Part shown: piece by piece, positions 32,926 to 45,500 of the stretch
How the letters are laid out: each line of letters opens with the position of its first letter
How positions within the stretch are numbered: position 1 is the first letter of the stretch
Source: Schizosaccharomyces osmophilus
Taxonomy: Eukaryota
DNA: 64,000 bases
Assembly (NCBI RefSeq): GCF_027921745.1
Contig: NC_079239.1
Location: 2,542,001-2,606,000 of the forward strand
Reading direction: 5' to 3'
Translations under genes and position numbers: made by a program
The notes under the pieces: model-generated
Databases searched by the model: none
Seen by the model: only the letters and a program-made list of their open reading frames with translations
What the model was told of the DNA's origin: nothing

Positions 32926-35766
32926 ATGTCGAGATTCTTCAAGGGAGGCTCAAACGACAGTGATGCAGAATCCGTGGACTCCTCCGAAGGTAACCGTATA
33001 GTTGCTTCGAAGACGAAGGCTGAAGAGTCTTCTTCAGCTGAGGAAGAATCGAGTGAAGAGGAAAGCTCATCAAGCTCCGCATCAGAGTCTTCAGAAAGCG
33101 AATCAGAATCAGAATCCGAGTCTGAATCTTCGGAAAATAAAGATTCAAAGGTACCCGCAAAGAAGCCTAGCGTTTCGAAAAAACCAGTCTCTTCTTCTTC
33201 TGAAGAGTCCGAGTCCGAGTCCGAGTCTGACTCAGACTCTGAAACTTCTGATGAATCCGGGTCAGAAGAATCTGAAAGCGATAGTGAGGATGATAGTGAG
33301 AATTCTGAATCCGTGTCGGGTTCTGAAAACGAATCCGAATCCGATAACCAGTCTGAATCTGAAGGTGAATCGGAGGGCGATTTAGAATCCGAGACATCAG
33401 AAGCAGCTGGTCCCGACTCTTTCTTGAAGAAACCTGAAGAAGCCAAGCCTGCTGCTTCTCGTTTCCTTCGCGGTGAGAGTAGCGAAGAAAGCAGTGATGA
33501 AGAAGAGGGTCGTCGCGTCGTCAAGAGTGCTAAAGATAGGCGCTTGGACGAATTTTTCGCTTGTATCGATAATATGAAGGACGCTATGTCCGGAAACAAA
33601 TGGATGGTAGTATCTAATGAATTTGATCATTTAAATAAGGTTGCTCAAAAGTCATCCGAAGCCGGCCGTCGTCCTCCTGCTTATATTGAGTTTTTGTCAA
33701 ATCTTGACCAAAGAGTCGAGTCTTCCGACAAGGCTTTCATTAAGAGTCTTGATGCTGCTAATGGTCGTGCTCTTAACGCTCTCAAGCAACGTGTTCGTAA
33801 AATCAGCCGTCAATTTACTTCAGAGATCGAACGTTTCCGTAATGATCCTGAAGCTTTCATGAAACCCGCTGCCGAAGTTGCTGATGTACCCAAGGCTGCA
33901 GCAAAAGCTGGTCAAGACGAGGTTATTGTCGGAGGCGTCGCTACACGGGGTATCGTTGCTCCTACCACGGATGAACCTAAGACCGAAGAAATATCTCCTT
34001 CCGACATCTTTAAGCATCTTCGTGCTATTTTTGAGGCTCGTGGTAAGAAGAGCACCGATCGTGCTGAGCAAATTCGATTCCTTGAGAAGTTGTCATCTAT
34101 CGCTGTTACAGATTATCAGCGACTTCGCGTTAAGGTCGCTCTTTTGGCTGCTCGTTTTGATATTAACACTGGATCTGGCCAATATATGCCCATTGAACAG
34201 TGGAATGGCGCTTTGAAGGAACTTCATAATATTTTGGATATTTTGGATGCTAATCGAAAGATTGTTATTGTCGAACAGGTTGAAGATGAATTCGAAGATG
34301 AAGATGAAGCCGTCGCCGCTAGTGGTAACAATAATGGCGTGGTTCAAGTTCAAGGCAGTGTCGTTTCTTTCTTGGAGCGTTTGGACGACGAATTCACTCG
34401 CTCTCTTCAAATGATTGATCCTCATGCACCAGAATACATTGAACGTCTCAAGGACGAAACCGCCTTATATACATTGCTTGTACGAAGCCAGGCTTACTTG
34501 GAGCGTATCGGCCTCGTTGAGAGCACATCTCGTTTAATCATGCGTCGTCTTGAGCGCGTCTACTACAAGCCTGAACAAGTCATTCGTGCTAACGAGGAAG
34601 CAGCCTTGCGCTCTCTTTCTCCTGAGTTTGATCTTGTTGTTACCCCTCGGGCTTCTACTGATACTCCTGATAAACTAATCAACGCTCTTTGTGTCTACCT
34701 TTATAATCACGGTATTAGTTTACTCCGAACTCGCGCTATGCTCTGTCATATTTACCATGAAGCTCTTCAAAACCGCTTTTATAAGTCTCGTGATATGTTG
34801 CTTATGTCTCATTTGCAAGACAGCATTCATGCTGCTGACATTGCTACACAAATTTTGCATAACCGTACCATGGTCCAAATTGGCTTGTGTGCATTCCGTA
34901 ATGGTATGATCCAAGAAGCCCAATATGCTCTCCAGGATATTTCTACCACTGGCCGTATTAAGGAACTTCTCGGTCAAGGTATTCAAGCAGCTAGATTTGG
35001 CCAGTTTAACCCTGATCAAGAACGCTTGGACAAGCAGCTTGTTCTTCCTTTCCATATGCATATTAATTTGGAACTTCTTGAGTGCGTTTACCTCACGTGC
35101 TCTATGTTTATGGAAATCCCTGTAATGGCTGCTGCCTCATCAACTGCTTCTGATGCTCGTAAGCGCGTTATCAGTCGCCCCTTTAGACGTATGTTAGAAT
35201 ATACGGATAGACAACTCTTTATCGGACCACCTGAAAATACCCGTGAATTCATTATGCAAGCTTCGAAGGCTTTAGCAGAAGGTGAGTGGCGCAAGGGTGA
35301 AGAATTAATTCATGCTATTAAAATTTGGAACTTGATGCCAGACACCGAAAAGATTAAATCTATTCTCAGTGATAAGATCCGTGAAGAGGGATTGCGTACT
35401 TACTTGTTATCATATGCTGCATTCTATGACTCAGTATCGCTTGATTCTTTAGCGGAAACATTTGACCTTTCTTTGGAACGTGTTACTGTCGTTGTTTCTC
35501 GTTTGCTTTCTAAGCGGGAGATTCACGCTGCTCTTGACCAAGTGCATCGTGCTGTAATTTTTGAGCGGGTTGAGATTAACAAATTAGAGAATATGGCAAT
35601 CTCGCTTAGTGAAAAGACTTCACAATTACACGAAGCAAACGAAAAGCTCTATGAGCAAAAAACTCAACACACTAATCCTCAAGATAACAGACGTCGCGAA
35701 AAAACTGGATCAGTGAAACGACGCAATGATCGTTCCGACAATCGGGGTCGTCAAGACATGAATTAA
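32926..35766 (+). CDS. tif33: Translation initiation factor eIF3 subunit c
   Basis: MSRFFKGG start, acidic S/E N-terminus, VVKSAKDRR, PFHMHINLELLE, GPPENTRE and PCI domain. Confidence 0.95.
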   Translation: MSRFFKGGSNDSDAESVDSSEGNRIVASKTKAEESSSAEEESSEEESSSSSASESSESESESESESESSENKDSKVPAKKPSVSKKPVSSSSEESESESESDSDSETSDESGSEESESDSEDDSENSESVSGSENESESDNQSESEGESEGDLESETSEAAGPDSFLKKPEEAKPAASRFLRGESSEESSDEEEGRRVVKSAKDRRLDEFFACIDNMKDAMSGNKWMVVSNEFDHLNKVAQKSSEAGRRPPAYIEFLSNLDQRVESSDKAFIKSLDAANGRALNALKQRVRKISRQFTSEIERFRNDPEAFMKPAAEVADVPKAAAKAGQDEVIVGGVATRGIVAPTTDEPKTEEISPSDIFKHLRAIFEARGKKSTDRAEQIRFLEKLSSIAVTDYQRLRVKVALLAARFDINTGSGQYMPIEQWNGALKELHNILDILDANRKIVIVEQVEDEFEDEDEAVAASGNNNGVVQVQGSVVSFLERLDDEFTRSLQMIDPHAPEYIERLKDETALYTLLVRSQAYLERIGLVESTSRLIMRRLERVYYKPEQVIRANEEAALRSLSPEFDLVVTPRASTDTPDKLINALCVYLYNHGISLLRTRAMLCHIYHEALQNRFYKSRDMLLMSHLQDSIHAADIATQILHNRTMVQIGLCAFRNGMIQEAQYALQDISTTGRIKELLGQGIQAARFGQFNPDQERLDKQLVLPFHMHINLELLECVYLTCSMFMEIPVMAAASSTASDARKRVISRPFRRMLEYTDRQLFIGPPENTREFIMQASKALAEGEWRKGEELIHAIKIWNLMPDTEKIKSILSDKIREEGLRTYLLSYAAFYDSVSLDSLAETFDLSLERVTVVVSRLLSKREIHAALDQVHRAVIFERVEINKLENMAISLSEKTSQLHEANEKLYEQKTQHTNPQDNRRREKTGSVKRRNDRSDNRGRQDMN

Positions 35767-36342
35767 GTTGAAGTGCATTGGTGGAATGTTTTCAGGCAAT
35801 ATAATCTCAATAAAATGATCTACGTATTTGTCGTTTCTTATGGATATTATCTAGTTGATTTCTTTTAGATACTTTATAGATGAATGGACATCTGTAACGT
35901 GTTACTGGTACTTTAACGAGCACAACATAGCTTGTGGTTTTGTAGTTGTTTTGTAAATTGTATGTTTGGTTTGTCGTTTCCACCGATGGTACTTTTCATT
36001 GCTGTTTCGATAAATGGTATGCACACTGAAGTAAACAGTGAAGTGTAGCACCAGGAAAAATGGTACTGAACGGACGACAGAAGCCTGGCGTTTAGTAATA
36101 AAGTGTTTAAACGTTCAATCGAAGCAACCAAAACAAAAAAACATGAATTATTTATTTACATTACTTGTTTCTTTGTTTCCTCTTTTATTGATTAACGTAT
36201 AGAACAGTATTGTGTTATGTTCTTTTAGGATACTTTAAGGAGTCGGTAAACGAAATCTCAAGAGATATGACAACTACGGGATACGGACTGTGAAATCTAC
36301 CCTTTTCCTACTACATATCAAGAGTCTATAAACTGCTTCAGG

Positions 36343-36853
36343 ATGTCTTGGCAAGGTACAATCTACAGAATAGAAGAAAAGAGTCACTAACTGACGATAG
36401 CTTACGTTGATACTTCCTTACTTGGTACCGGCAAAATCGACCAAGCAGCCATCGTTTCTAGAGCTGGTGATAGCGTTTGGGCTGCTTCCTCTGGTTTCAA
36501 CCTTTCTGGTTCCGAAACCAAAGGCCTTGCCGCTGGATTCCAGGATCCTCCCAGCATGTTCGGTACCGGAATTCATTTATCTGGTCAAAAGTATATCACC
36601 ATCCGTGCTGAAGGTAGATCCATCTACGGAAAACTTCAAAAATCCGGTATAATCTGCGTTGCTACTAAGCTTTGCATACTAGTAGCTCATTACCCTGAGA
36701 CTACTTTGCCCGGTGAGGCAGCCAAGATTACAGGTAAGTAGTTTTCTGGGTACTTCTCCTAAGAATGGATTACATATATGGGATCTAGACATGTACTAAC
36801 ATTATAATTCTACAGAAGCCCTTGCTGATTACCTTGTCGGTGTTGGCTATTAA
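36343..36853 (+). CDS. cdc3: Profilin, 3 exons
   Basis: MSWQAYVDTSLLGTGKIDQAAI...; introns 36356-36400 and 36734-36815; ends LADYLVGVGY. Confidence 0.95.
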
Positions 36854-37302
36854 ACTCGCTTTTACAATAACCTCCCGTTTGAGTCGATGTCCTTTTTATC
36901 CACAGTCGTATGATAACGAAATGAGTAGTAGAGTGAAAGATGATGTATTTTGTAAAATGACCTTTGACTGGACTTTTACTTTACCTGTTTCCAGTACTAG
37001 GGCGGTTGAATCAATATAGAGGAAGTCGTAAGGGTTTCTATTCTTTTTTTGCACACACACTAGAACCGAGGTAGCTGTAATTTTAGCATTCGTTTGTATA
37101 CCAATGGCCATTTCATTTTCAACGACTCACTTGCCAGGCTGTTGAAGCGTGTACGATCATTGTATGACAGCTTCAATTGTTCATTCCACAACCAGCGTGT
37201 TTAGAGAAGAAAAAAAAAGGGTAATAAAACAGTTCTGTACATCTTGAAGCACAATATTATACCAAGTTCATAAAATAGTCCCACTTCTAATTATAAAAAA
37301 TC

Positions 37303-37401
37303 TGCTCCCGGCGAGGATCGAACTCGCGTTTTTCACGTAACACACCTCCATGGAGGAGTATCATATAAGCATGAGGCCTTAACCAGCTTGGCCACGGGAG
37401 C
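37303..37401 (-). tRNA. tRNA-Ile(UAU) with a 25-nt intron (37339-37363)
   Basis: Acceptor stem GCTCCCG/CGGGAGC+A; A box TGGCCAAGCTGG; anticodon stem TCATG/CGTGA with loop CT-TAT-A; T loop GTTCGATCC; oligo-T terminator just downstream. Confidence 0.95.
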
Positions 37402-37888
37402 ACTCGTTGATTGATACATTTGGAAAGACACTATATAGCTAACTGCAGCTTTTACAAGCAAGAAATTGAAAGTCTAGGGACTATGAATGCAGCCTGCTAT
37501 GAGAAGTGTTAAATTTGCTGTTTATAATTTTTCTTGAATGGCTGTTTTCCTCTCAGTTGCGAAAATGAACAGACTAGTCAAATGATATGGATCTTTTGCG
37601 GTTCATAATTCTGACTTCCTGTATGCTCATTTTGAGTATGTGGGTAAATCGTGAGGTCTTCGGTTTACATTTTGAGAAATGTGGGATTACTACAGTGTAG
37701 TGTCGCGTATCCTTGGCTTGAGTTTACTGCTATTCAGATGCTATGTATATATAATTTTTAGACAAGTCATATTTATAATATCAAAAAAAATCTTCATTGC
37801 GTACATTAGAAACCTTTTCAATATTGGCACATGTGCAAAAAAAAAGAGCAACTGTTCATATAGCTTTAGCTATAGAAGGGGAGCTATT

Positions 37889-39094
37889 TTAGTGGGCTTT
37901 CTTAAACAAAAAGCTTATACTCTCACCGTTGTGAGTACGGCGAATGGCTTCAGCCAAAACACCACTGATGTCAATCAAAGCAAGCTTTGTGCTTTGTGCT
38001 AATGATTGTGGCTTGATGGGATAAGTGTTTGTCACTACGATTTGCTCGATATAGTTACAATTTTCTAAATCTCTGAGACAGTTATTTTGGAAAATACCAT
38101 GCGAGCCCATGACGATAACACGTTTCGCGCCGCAGCGTTTTACCAAATGTTCGGCAGCTATGATAAAAGTGGTAGGGTTCTCAATCATATCGTCCATCAA
38201 TAAGGTGGTTTTGCCCCGAACATCACCAACCAAGGTGATCATACGCTCGGTAAAGATAGAAGCAGACATTATTTTTTCCTCTTCTTCATCATCGCTGGGA
38301 CATCCACCCTGAGAATAGGTGTTTTCCAATTGGCAATCCTCGGAAACATTACTAGCAGGAGTACCGACAACCTCCTCATCATCCACGATGTGTCCCAATA
38401 AGTATTTGGATGTGTGAATACGTGGATGATCGGGGTGCCTATTGGTAACTCGTTGTTCTTCCATGATAGATTCATCCATAGTACGGGGGAAATGAGAGCG
38501 TCTGCTTCTATCCGTATTACACAAAGCAAATTCCAAACCTAGCGTATCTGCCATGCTGGTTACCCGCTTGGCGCCACCAGGGCTTTTCGATACCACAACT
38601 GCTTCTTGCCAGTCCTCGACATTTCTGCGGATCCATTCGGCAATGTTGGGCTCGGCATATAGGTTATCGACTGGACGAGTGAAAAACCCTTGCATTTGGG
38701 ATGCGTGCAAGTCTAAAGTGATGATATGATCAACTCCAGCTACGGTTAATAAATTCGCAACCATTCTGGCAGTGATTGCATCACGGTACTTTCTCATTTT
38801 TGACTGCTTGGAGTAAGGAAAATAAGGCATTACAGCCGTGATCCTCCTAGCAGAACCACCTTTGCAAGCGTTAATTATAATGAGCAACTCCATTAAACTG
38901 TCGTTCACAGTAGAGCTACCGCTTTGGAGGACAAAAACATCTTTGTCACGTACAGAATCATGAATCTCTACACTTGTTTCCCCATTCGAAAATCGCTTCA
39001 AGGACACCTCACAAGGCTTAATCCCTAACCGTTGTGAAATCAAGCGCAACAGTTCCGGATGCGAAGTCCCCCCAATAATTGCTGCACTCTTCAT
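37889..39094 (-). CDS. prs1: Ribose-phosphate pyrophosphokinase, Prs1-type with internal non-homologous insertion
   Basis: FSNGETSV, PYFPYSKQ and DLHASQMQGFF motifs; acidic insertion before TLVGDV; first ATG at 39094. Confidence 0.88.
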   Translation of the reverse strand: MKSAAIIGGTSHPELLRLISQRLGIKPCEVSLKRFSNGETSVEIHDSVRDKDVFVLQSGSSTVNDSLMELLIIINACKGGSARRITAVMPYFPYSKQSKMRKYRDAITARMVANLLTVAGVDHIITLDLHASQMQGFFTRPVDNLYAEPNIAEWIRRNVEDWQEAVVVSKSPGGAKRVTSMADTLGLEFALCNTDRSRRSHFPRTMDESIMEEQRVTNRHPDHPRIHTSKYLLGHIVDDEEVVGTPASNVSEDCQLENTYSQGGCPSDDEEEEKIMSASIFTERMITLVGDVRGKTTLLMDDMIENPTTFIIAAEHLVKRCGAKRVIVMGSHGIFQNNCLRDLENCNYIEQIVVTNTYPIKPQSLAQSTKLALIDISGVLAEAIRRTHNGESISFLFKKAH

Positions 39095-39505
39095 CCTCTC
39101 AACCTCGTTTTCGTTGTGTTCAGTCACTTTTCCGACTAATATCTCTCCTTTTTACGATTCGGGAATCGTATTCAGCAATTTCTTTCGTCTCAACTCAAGC
39201 AAACTTTTCTTCAAATTTTACCGGCCTCTTATCAGGAACGTAGAACTTTTTACGCAACTTGTTTCCGTATAATCATAAGTTGGAAGTTGGATTTAATTTA
39301 TCTTACTTTTCGGTTGCCCAAGTCTCAATAAGAGAATAATTTAGGAAACTGCAACGATCTACTTACGGTCTTATAAGGTAACATAACACAACTCTTTATT
39401 CCGATAGGTATTGGAAGTGTTTGGTGTACATTCCATACCAGAGCCTATACTATACTTGTTTAAGTTACAACAGAGTGTACGGTAAACGGCTGACTTGTCG
39501 ACGAA

Positions 39506-40321
39506 ATGAATTCAATTTTAACAAAATATACGGAAAAAGCTTCTAATGACGGAGAGGAATGTGTAGAGGATGAAAGATTTCAAAACAATTTCAACATCGT
39601 TCCAGTTCCTGAAGCTTCTCTGTTCTTGCGAAGTCTGACAGATGAAACTCAGAATCGAAGCTGCTTAATCAAAATGAACCACGGTACAACTACTCTTGCG
39701 TTTCGTTATCAACATGGTATTGTGGTATGTGTCGATTCCCGTGCCTCAGCAGGTCCTTTGGTCGCTTCACAAACTGTAAAGAAAGTCATTGAAATCAACC
39801 CATATCTTTTAGGTACATTGGCTGGTGGTGCTGCTGATTGTCAGTTTTGGCAAACCGTTTTGGGTATGGAGTGCCGTCTGCACCAACTTCGTAATAAGGA
39901 ATTGATTTCCGTCTCCGCGGCTAGCAAAATTTTAGCAAACATCATGTATTCGTACAAGGGTTACGGTCTCAGTATGGGTACAATGCTTGCAGGAACCGGA
40001 AAGGGCGGTACAGCTTTATACTATATTGACAGTGACGGTACTCGTCTTAAGGGAGACGTGCTATCTGTCGGTTCTGGTTCCACCTTTGCTTATGGTGTTC
40101 TTGACTCTGGCTACAACTGGAATTTATCAAAAGAAGATGCTTTGAACCTTGGCCGTCGATCCATTGTTGCAGCCACTCATAGAGACGCCTATTCTGGTGG
40201 TAGTTTAAATCTATACCATATTGACGAAAACGGTTGGCAATTCCATGGCAACTTTGATGTTGATAAACTCATATGGGAAGCAAAGGATACAGAAGGCTCT
40301 TTTGCTCATATTCCTCGATAA
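39506..40321 (+). CDS. pts1: 20S proteasome beta5 subunit
   Basis: Propeptide followed by [22 protein letters not shown] and RDAYSGG motifs. Confidence 0.95.
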   Translation: MNSILTKYTEKASNDGEECVEDERFQNNFNIVPVPEASLFLRSLTDETQNRSCLIKMNHGTTTLAFRYQHGIVVCVDSRASAGPLVASQTVKKVIEINPYLLGTLAGGAADCQFWQTVLGMECRLHQLRNKELISVSAASKILANIMYSYKGYGLSMGTMLAGTGKGGTALYYIDSDGTRLKGDVLSVGSGSTFAYGVLDSGYNWNLSKEDALNLGRRSIVAATHRDAYSGGSLNLYHIDENGWQFHGNFDVDKLIWEAKDTEGSFAHIPR

Positions 40322-40953
40322 ATGAATATTTTTTTCATATTGAAAAGCCATAGACAGGTAAAGTCTTGAAGGTTCAGATATATCCAAACTTTTTATTGGT
40401 CTTTAGTCAATGTTGATGTGAAACTTTGCGCACGGAAACAAATATCAAGCTTCAGACAGATATATTTGAACCTTGTAAAACCTCGCGAGTTCTTGATGAA
40501 CCGAAGCGATTTCGTTGTCGTTTCCTTTGATGTCCTATTTCAAGTCTATCATTTCTTTTGCTACGATTATAGATTTTCCTTATTTTTTTATTTCAATGAG
40601 ATAATGGCCATCCCATTACCCTTTAAATACTATACTATATATTTTCTCAGTGTTGAGTTATTCATTTCGACAGCAGTGACCGGAAGCAACTGCAGCCTTT
40701 TCCGTTTCACGAGACTTATAGAATAAAAAGTAGATTTTCTTTTCCCATCTGTTTCAAACAACTGTCCACTACAATAAAAAAAGTAACAGAAGAATATTGT
40801 TCATGAGAGATGGATAATGAGGTACTTTCAATATCGTTAAACAGCAATATCCAAATGGATACGTTTATTCCTCAAGGAACCTAGCTTTTATTCATACAGT
40901 ACATTCTGCCAAATTCAGGTATTACTTTTCTTTTATATTGTATTTGGTAAAGG

Positions 40954-41987
40954 ATGGATGTCAATTCGTACTCAGGAAGCGATCAACTCATTCATGATGA
41001 TCTCAACGTTCAACAAATAGATGCTGACGAAGATTTGCTGGAAGAATTTCCTGATGACACAGAGGTATGCGCATTTTACTAATGTCTTTTTAGTAGTATT
41101 TTGAGTGGGTAACTAACAATGGGACTGAGTAGGTGATCGACTTGGTGCAATCGCGAATCACCAGTATTAAAGCCTTGGGACTTGAAAGATTCCATCGGCT
41201 TGATAGCTTATGTCTTCGACAAAACCAAATAAGGAAAATTGAATGTTTACCGAAGAATCTCACAGAGCTAGATTTATACGACAACCTGCTTCGTCAGATC
41301 GAGAACCTAGACGAGCAAGTTCACCTAAAAAACTTGGATTTATCATTTAACAATATAAAAGTAATCGAAAATGTAAGCCACTTGAAAGAGCTAGAAAATC
41401 TGTATTTCGTTCAGAACCGAATTCGCAAAATCGAAAACTTGGAGGGATTAACAAAGCTCGAGAATTTGGAGTTAGGCGGAAACAAAATTCGCGCGATTGA
41501 AAACTTAGACACTTTGACAAACATCGACAAGCTTTGGCTTGGTAAAAATAAGATTACCAAGTTGGAAAACCTGGAAAAACTTCAGCGACTTTCTCTTTTA
41601 TCTATTCAAGCCAATAGAATCACTAGATTCGAGAATTTGAATTGCTTGTCTCATTGTCTTCGTGAATTGTACATTTCACATAATGGCCTTACTTCTTTTG
41701 AAGGCATCGAAGTCCTGGAAAACTTACAAGTTCTTGACGTCTCCAATAACTATATTAAGCATCTTTCTCACTTGAAAGGATTAAAAAATTTACAAGAGTT
41801 CTGGGCGAGTAGCAATGAATTTGATTCATTCCAGGAAATTGAGGACGAACTCAGTGGATTGGAGAAACTTGAGACCGTTTATTTTGAGGGTAATCCACTT
41901 CAAAAATCTAATCCTGCCCTATATAGAAACAAAGTTCGGCTTTGTCTACCTAACCTTCTTCAAATTGATGCTACACCTACGCGGTAA
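40954..41987 (+). CDS. sds22: PP1 regulatory subunit Sds22 (leucine-rich repeat), 2 exons
   Basis: Exon 1 is 40954-41064 (..QQIDADEDLL..); intron 41065-41132; 22-residue LRRs (LDLYDN, LELGGNKI) and LRR cap YRNKV. Confidence 0.9.
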
Positions 41988-42477
41988 TATACTACTTCCT
42001 TTGTTATTTTCTAAGTCTTCGTTTTCATTCCTTTCTCTGCAACAATCGCTGCCACTACAACAAAAGATTAGCTTTTCCTTTTGTTCATCGTTTAAATTCC
42101 ATATATTATGATCATATAAAAACCATTGTCTTGATGTTTCTATGAAGTTATACCAATACACAGTGGAATCTTGATACAATAAAACATGTTATTGATCAAC
42201 TTTTTTGTAACCAATTATTGGCTAAACTAAATGATTTGGCCACCAGGTTCATAGAAAAAAATTGAATTAAAGTCTACACCAGCAGATTTTCTTTTGAGAT
42301 GCCGATGTAAAATAAAAGCAAATAAACAACTTTTAAAGATTCTGTACAATTTAAAAAATATTAAACAATGATCAATCTTTTTGTAAATTTTTATATTTAC
42401 GGGTTTCATAAAATATCGTGTTAAATAATTCTTATCATGATATCTCGTTACTTGAGATGTTACTTGATGCCTTTTAA

Positions 42478-42494
42478 TTCCCACGCGGACGCGT
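42478..42494. promoter_or_regulatory. CSL (Cbf11)-type element TTCCCACG overlapping MCB-like ACGCGG-ACGCGT upstream of fas2
   Basis: Sequence TTCCCACGCGGACGCGT lies 82-98 bp upstream of the fas2 ATG. Confidence 0.5.
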
Positions 42495-42575
42495 GTTGAA
42501 CTTGGATTTCTCCAGTACCAACAACCAATACTCGGTTGCCCCTTCTCCTTCCTAGAACCATACATTTAATTTAGA

Positions 42576-45500
42576 ATGAGACCTGAAGTTGAGCAAGAGC
42601 TTGCTCATACCCTATTGCTCGAGCTTCTGGCTTACCAGTTTGCATCTCCTGTAAGATGGATTGAAACTCAAGATGTTATCCTCTCCCCTCCCGTATCAGC
42701 AGAGCGTCTAGTCGAAATTGGCCCTAGCCCTACTCTTTCTGGTATGGCTAGACGTACTTTGAAGCTGAAGTACGAAAATATGGATGCTGCTTTGAGTATT
42801 AATCGTGAAGTCTTGTGTTATGCAAAGGACGGTCGCGAAATCTACTATAACTTTGAAGATGAGATGCCTGATGAGCCTGCTCCTGCTAAGCCTGCCGAAA
42901 CTGGAGCTGCCCCGGCTGCCGCTTCTGCTCCCGCTCCAGCTGCTGCTCCTGCTCCGGCCGCTGCTCCAGCTGCTGCTTCTGGCCCAGCTGCGGAGTTACC
43001 TGATGAACCTCCTAAAGCTGTCGAAGTTCTTCATTCCCTTGTTGCACAAAAACTCAAGAAGAGCATTGAAGAGATTTCTTTGCAAAAATCTATTAAAGAT
43101 CTTGTTGGTGGTAAGTCTACCCTTCAAAACGAGATCTTGGGTGATTTGCAAAAGGAGTTTGGTGCTACCCCAGAAAAACCAGAAGAAGTTCCTTTGGACG
43201 AGCTTGCTGGCGTCTTACAAATGTCTTTTAGCGGCTCCCTTGGAAAGCAATCAAGCTCTTTGATTTCCCGTATGGTTTCTTCAAAGATGCCCGGTGGTTT
43301 TAATAATTCCGCTGTTCGTGGTTACTTGAGCTCTCGCTTCGGCCTCGGTACTGGGCGTACTGAGTCGGTTCTTTTGCTAGGTTTGACCATGGAACCTGCT
43401 TCTCGTCTACCATCAGAGGCAGACGCCAAAGCCTGGCTTGACTCTGTGTCCCAAAAATACGCCTCTCGTGCTGGTGTTACCCTCTCTGCTCCCAGCACCG
43501 AGGGTTCTTCTTCCGGTGGTTCGTCCGCTGTTATCGATGAAGAAACTTTCAAGAAGCTTACAAAGGGCAATACTATGCTTGTTACCCAACAACTAGAGTT
43601 ATTCGCTCGCTATCTTAACAAAGACTTGCGTGCTGGTGACAAAGCTAATGTTGCCGAGAGAGCTGTTTCTGACGCCTTGCGTGCTCAGTTAGATCTCTGG
43701 AATCTTGAACACGGTGAATTTTATGCTTCTGGTATTGCTCCCATCTTTTCTTCTTTGAAGGCTCGTGTTTATGATTCTGACTGGAACTGGGCTCGTCAGG
43801 ATGCTCTTAAAATGTTCTTCGATATTATTTTTGGTCGTCTTAAACATGTTGATACCGAAATTGTCGCTCGTTGTATTTCTATTATGAACCGTTCTAATCC
43901 TCTTTTACTTGAATTTATGCAATACCATATCGATCATTGCCCCTCTCAAAATGGCGAAACTTATCAACTCGCCAAAACTTTGGGCCAACAACTCATTGAT
44001 AATTGCAAAGGTGTACTTGAGTCTCCACCTGTATATAAGAATGTTAATCACCCTATGGCTCCCTCAACCACTATTTGTGAGCGTGGCTATTTGAACTATG
44101 AAGAAGTACCCAGAGCCGGTGTTCGTAAGCTTACCCATTATGTTACCGAGATGGCCAAGGGTGGAAAATTACCAGCTGAATCTAAGAATACTGCTAAGGT
44201 CCAAAATGACTTGGCTCATATTTACCGCATTATCAAGGATCAAAATAAGATGTCTCGTTCCTCCAAGTTACAAATCAAGCAACTCTATGGTCAGGTTCTT
44301 CATGCACTTAACCTTCCTTTACCTTCTTCTGATGAAGCTACTCCAGTAAAGGAAACTATTCCTTTCTTACATCTTAAGAGAAAGTCTAGTGATGCCTTTG
44401 AATTCAGCAAAAGTTTCACCGGTGTTTATCTGGACGTCTTGGAAAATGGTGCCAGAAATGGTATTACTTACCAAGGAAAGTATGCTCTTGTCACCGGAGC
44501 TGGTGCTGGTTCTATTGGTGCCCAACTCGTTGAAGGTCTTATTGCAGGTGGTGCTAAGGTCGTTGTTACCACTTCTCGTTTCTCTCGTAAGGTCACTGAG
44601 TTTTATCAATCCATGTTTACTCGTCATGGAAGTCGCGGTTCCGCTTTAATTGTTGTTCCATTCAACCAAGCATCGAAGCAAGATGTCGAAGCTCTCGTCG
44701 ATTATATTTTCGACGAAAAGAACGGTCTTGGATGGAATTTAGATTTCATTGTTCCTTTTGCTGCCGTCCCCGAAAATGGTCGCGAAATTGACAACATTGA
44801 CTCTCGTTCTGAATTTTCTCACCGCATCATGCTTACCAATATCCTTAGATTACTAGGTGCCGTTAAGCAACAAAAGGAATCTCGTGGTATGGACACTCGT
44901 CCCGCCCAAGTTATCCTTCCCCTTTCTCCTAATCACGGTACATTTGGCAATGACGGTCTTTATTCCGAGTCTAAGCTTGGTTTGGAGACTCTCTTCAACC
45001 GTTGGTCTTCTGAGTCTTGGGGCAACTACTTGACCATTTGTGGTGCCGTCATAGGCTGGACTCGTGGTACTGGTCTGATGGCTCCTAATAATATTGTCTC
45101 TCAAGGCATTGAGAAATACGGTGTTCGCACCTTCTCTCAAACTGAAATGGCCTTCAATATTTTGGGTTTGATGTCTCAAAAGATTGTCGACCTTTGTCAA
45201 ACCGAGCCTGTTTATGCCAATCTTAACGGTGGTCTTGAACTCCTTCCTGATCTCAAGAATCTTAGTACCCGTCTCCGTGGCGAACTTTTGGAAACTGCTG
45301 AAGTCCGCCGCGCTGTAGCTGCTGAAGCTTCTTTCGATCATAAAATCACCAACGGTCCTGGTTCTGACAGAATATACCAGAAAACCACTGTTCAACCCAG
45401 AGCTAACCTGAAGTTTGAATTCCCCAAGCTCAAGTCATATGAAGCTCTTTCTCATCTCTCTGATCTCCGTAATATGGTTGATTTAGAAAACGTTGCCGTA

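Noticed and set aside
32808..33599. 263-aa antisense ORF
   Set aside because: Shadow of the low-complexity Ser/Glu tract in tif33.
41065..41132. Second branch point and tandem TAGTAG acceptor in the sds22 intron (alternative splicing or nested intron)
   Set aside because: The proximal intron would be only 29-32 nt and leads to in-frame stops, and a nested-intron model breaks the frame. The distal CTAAC...TAG site explains the protein.
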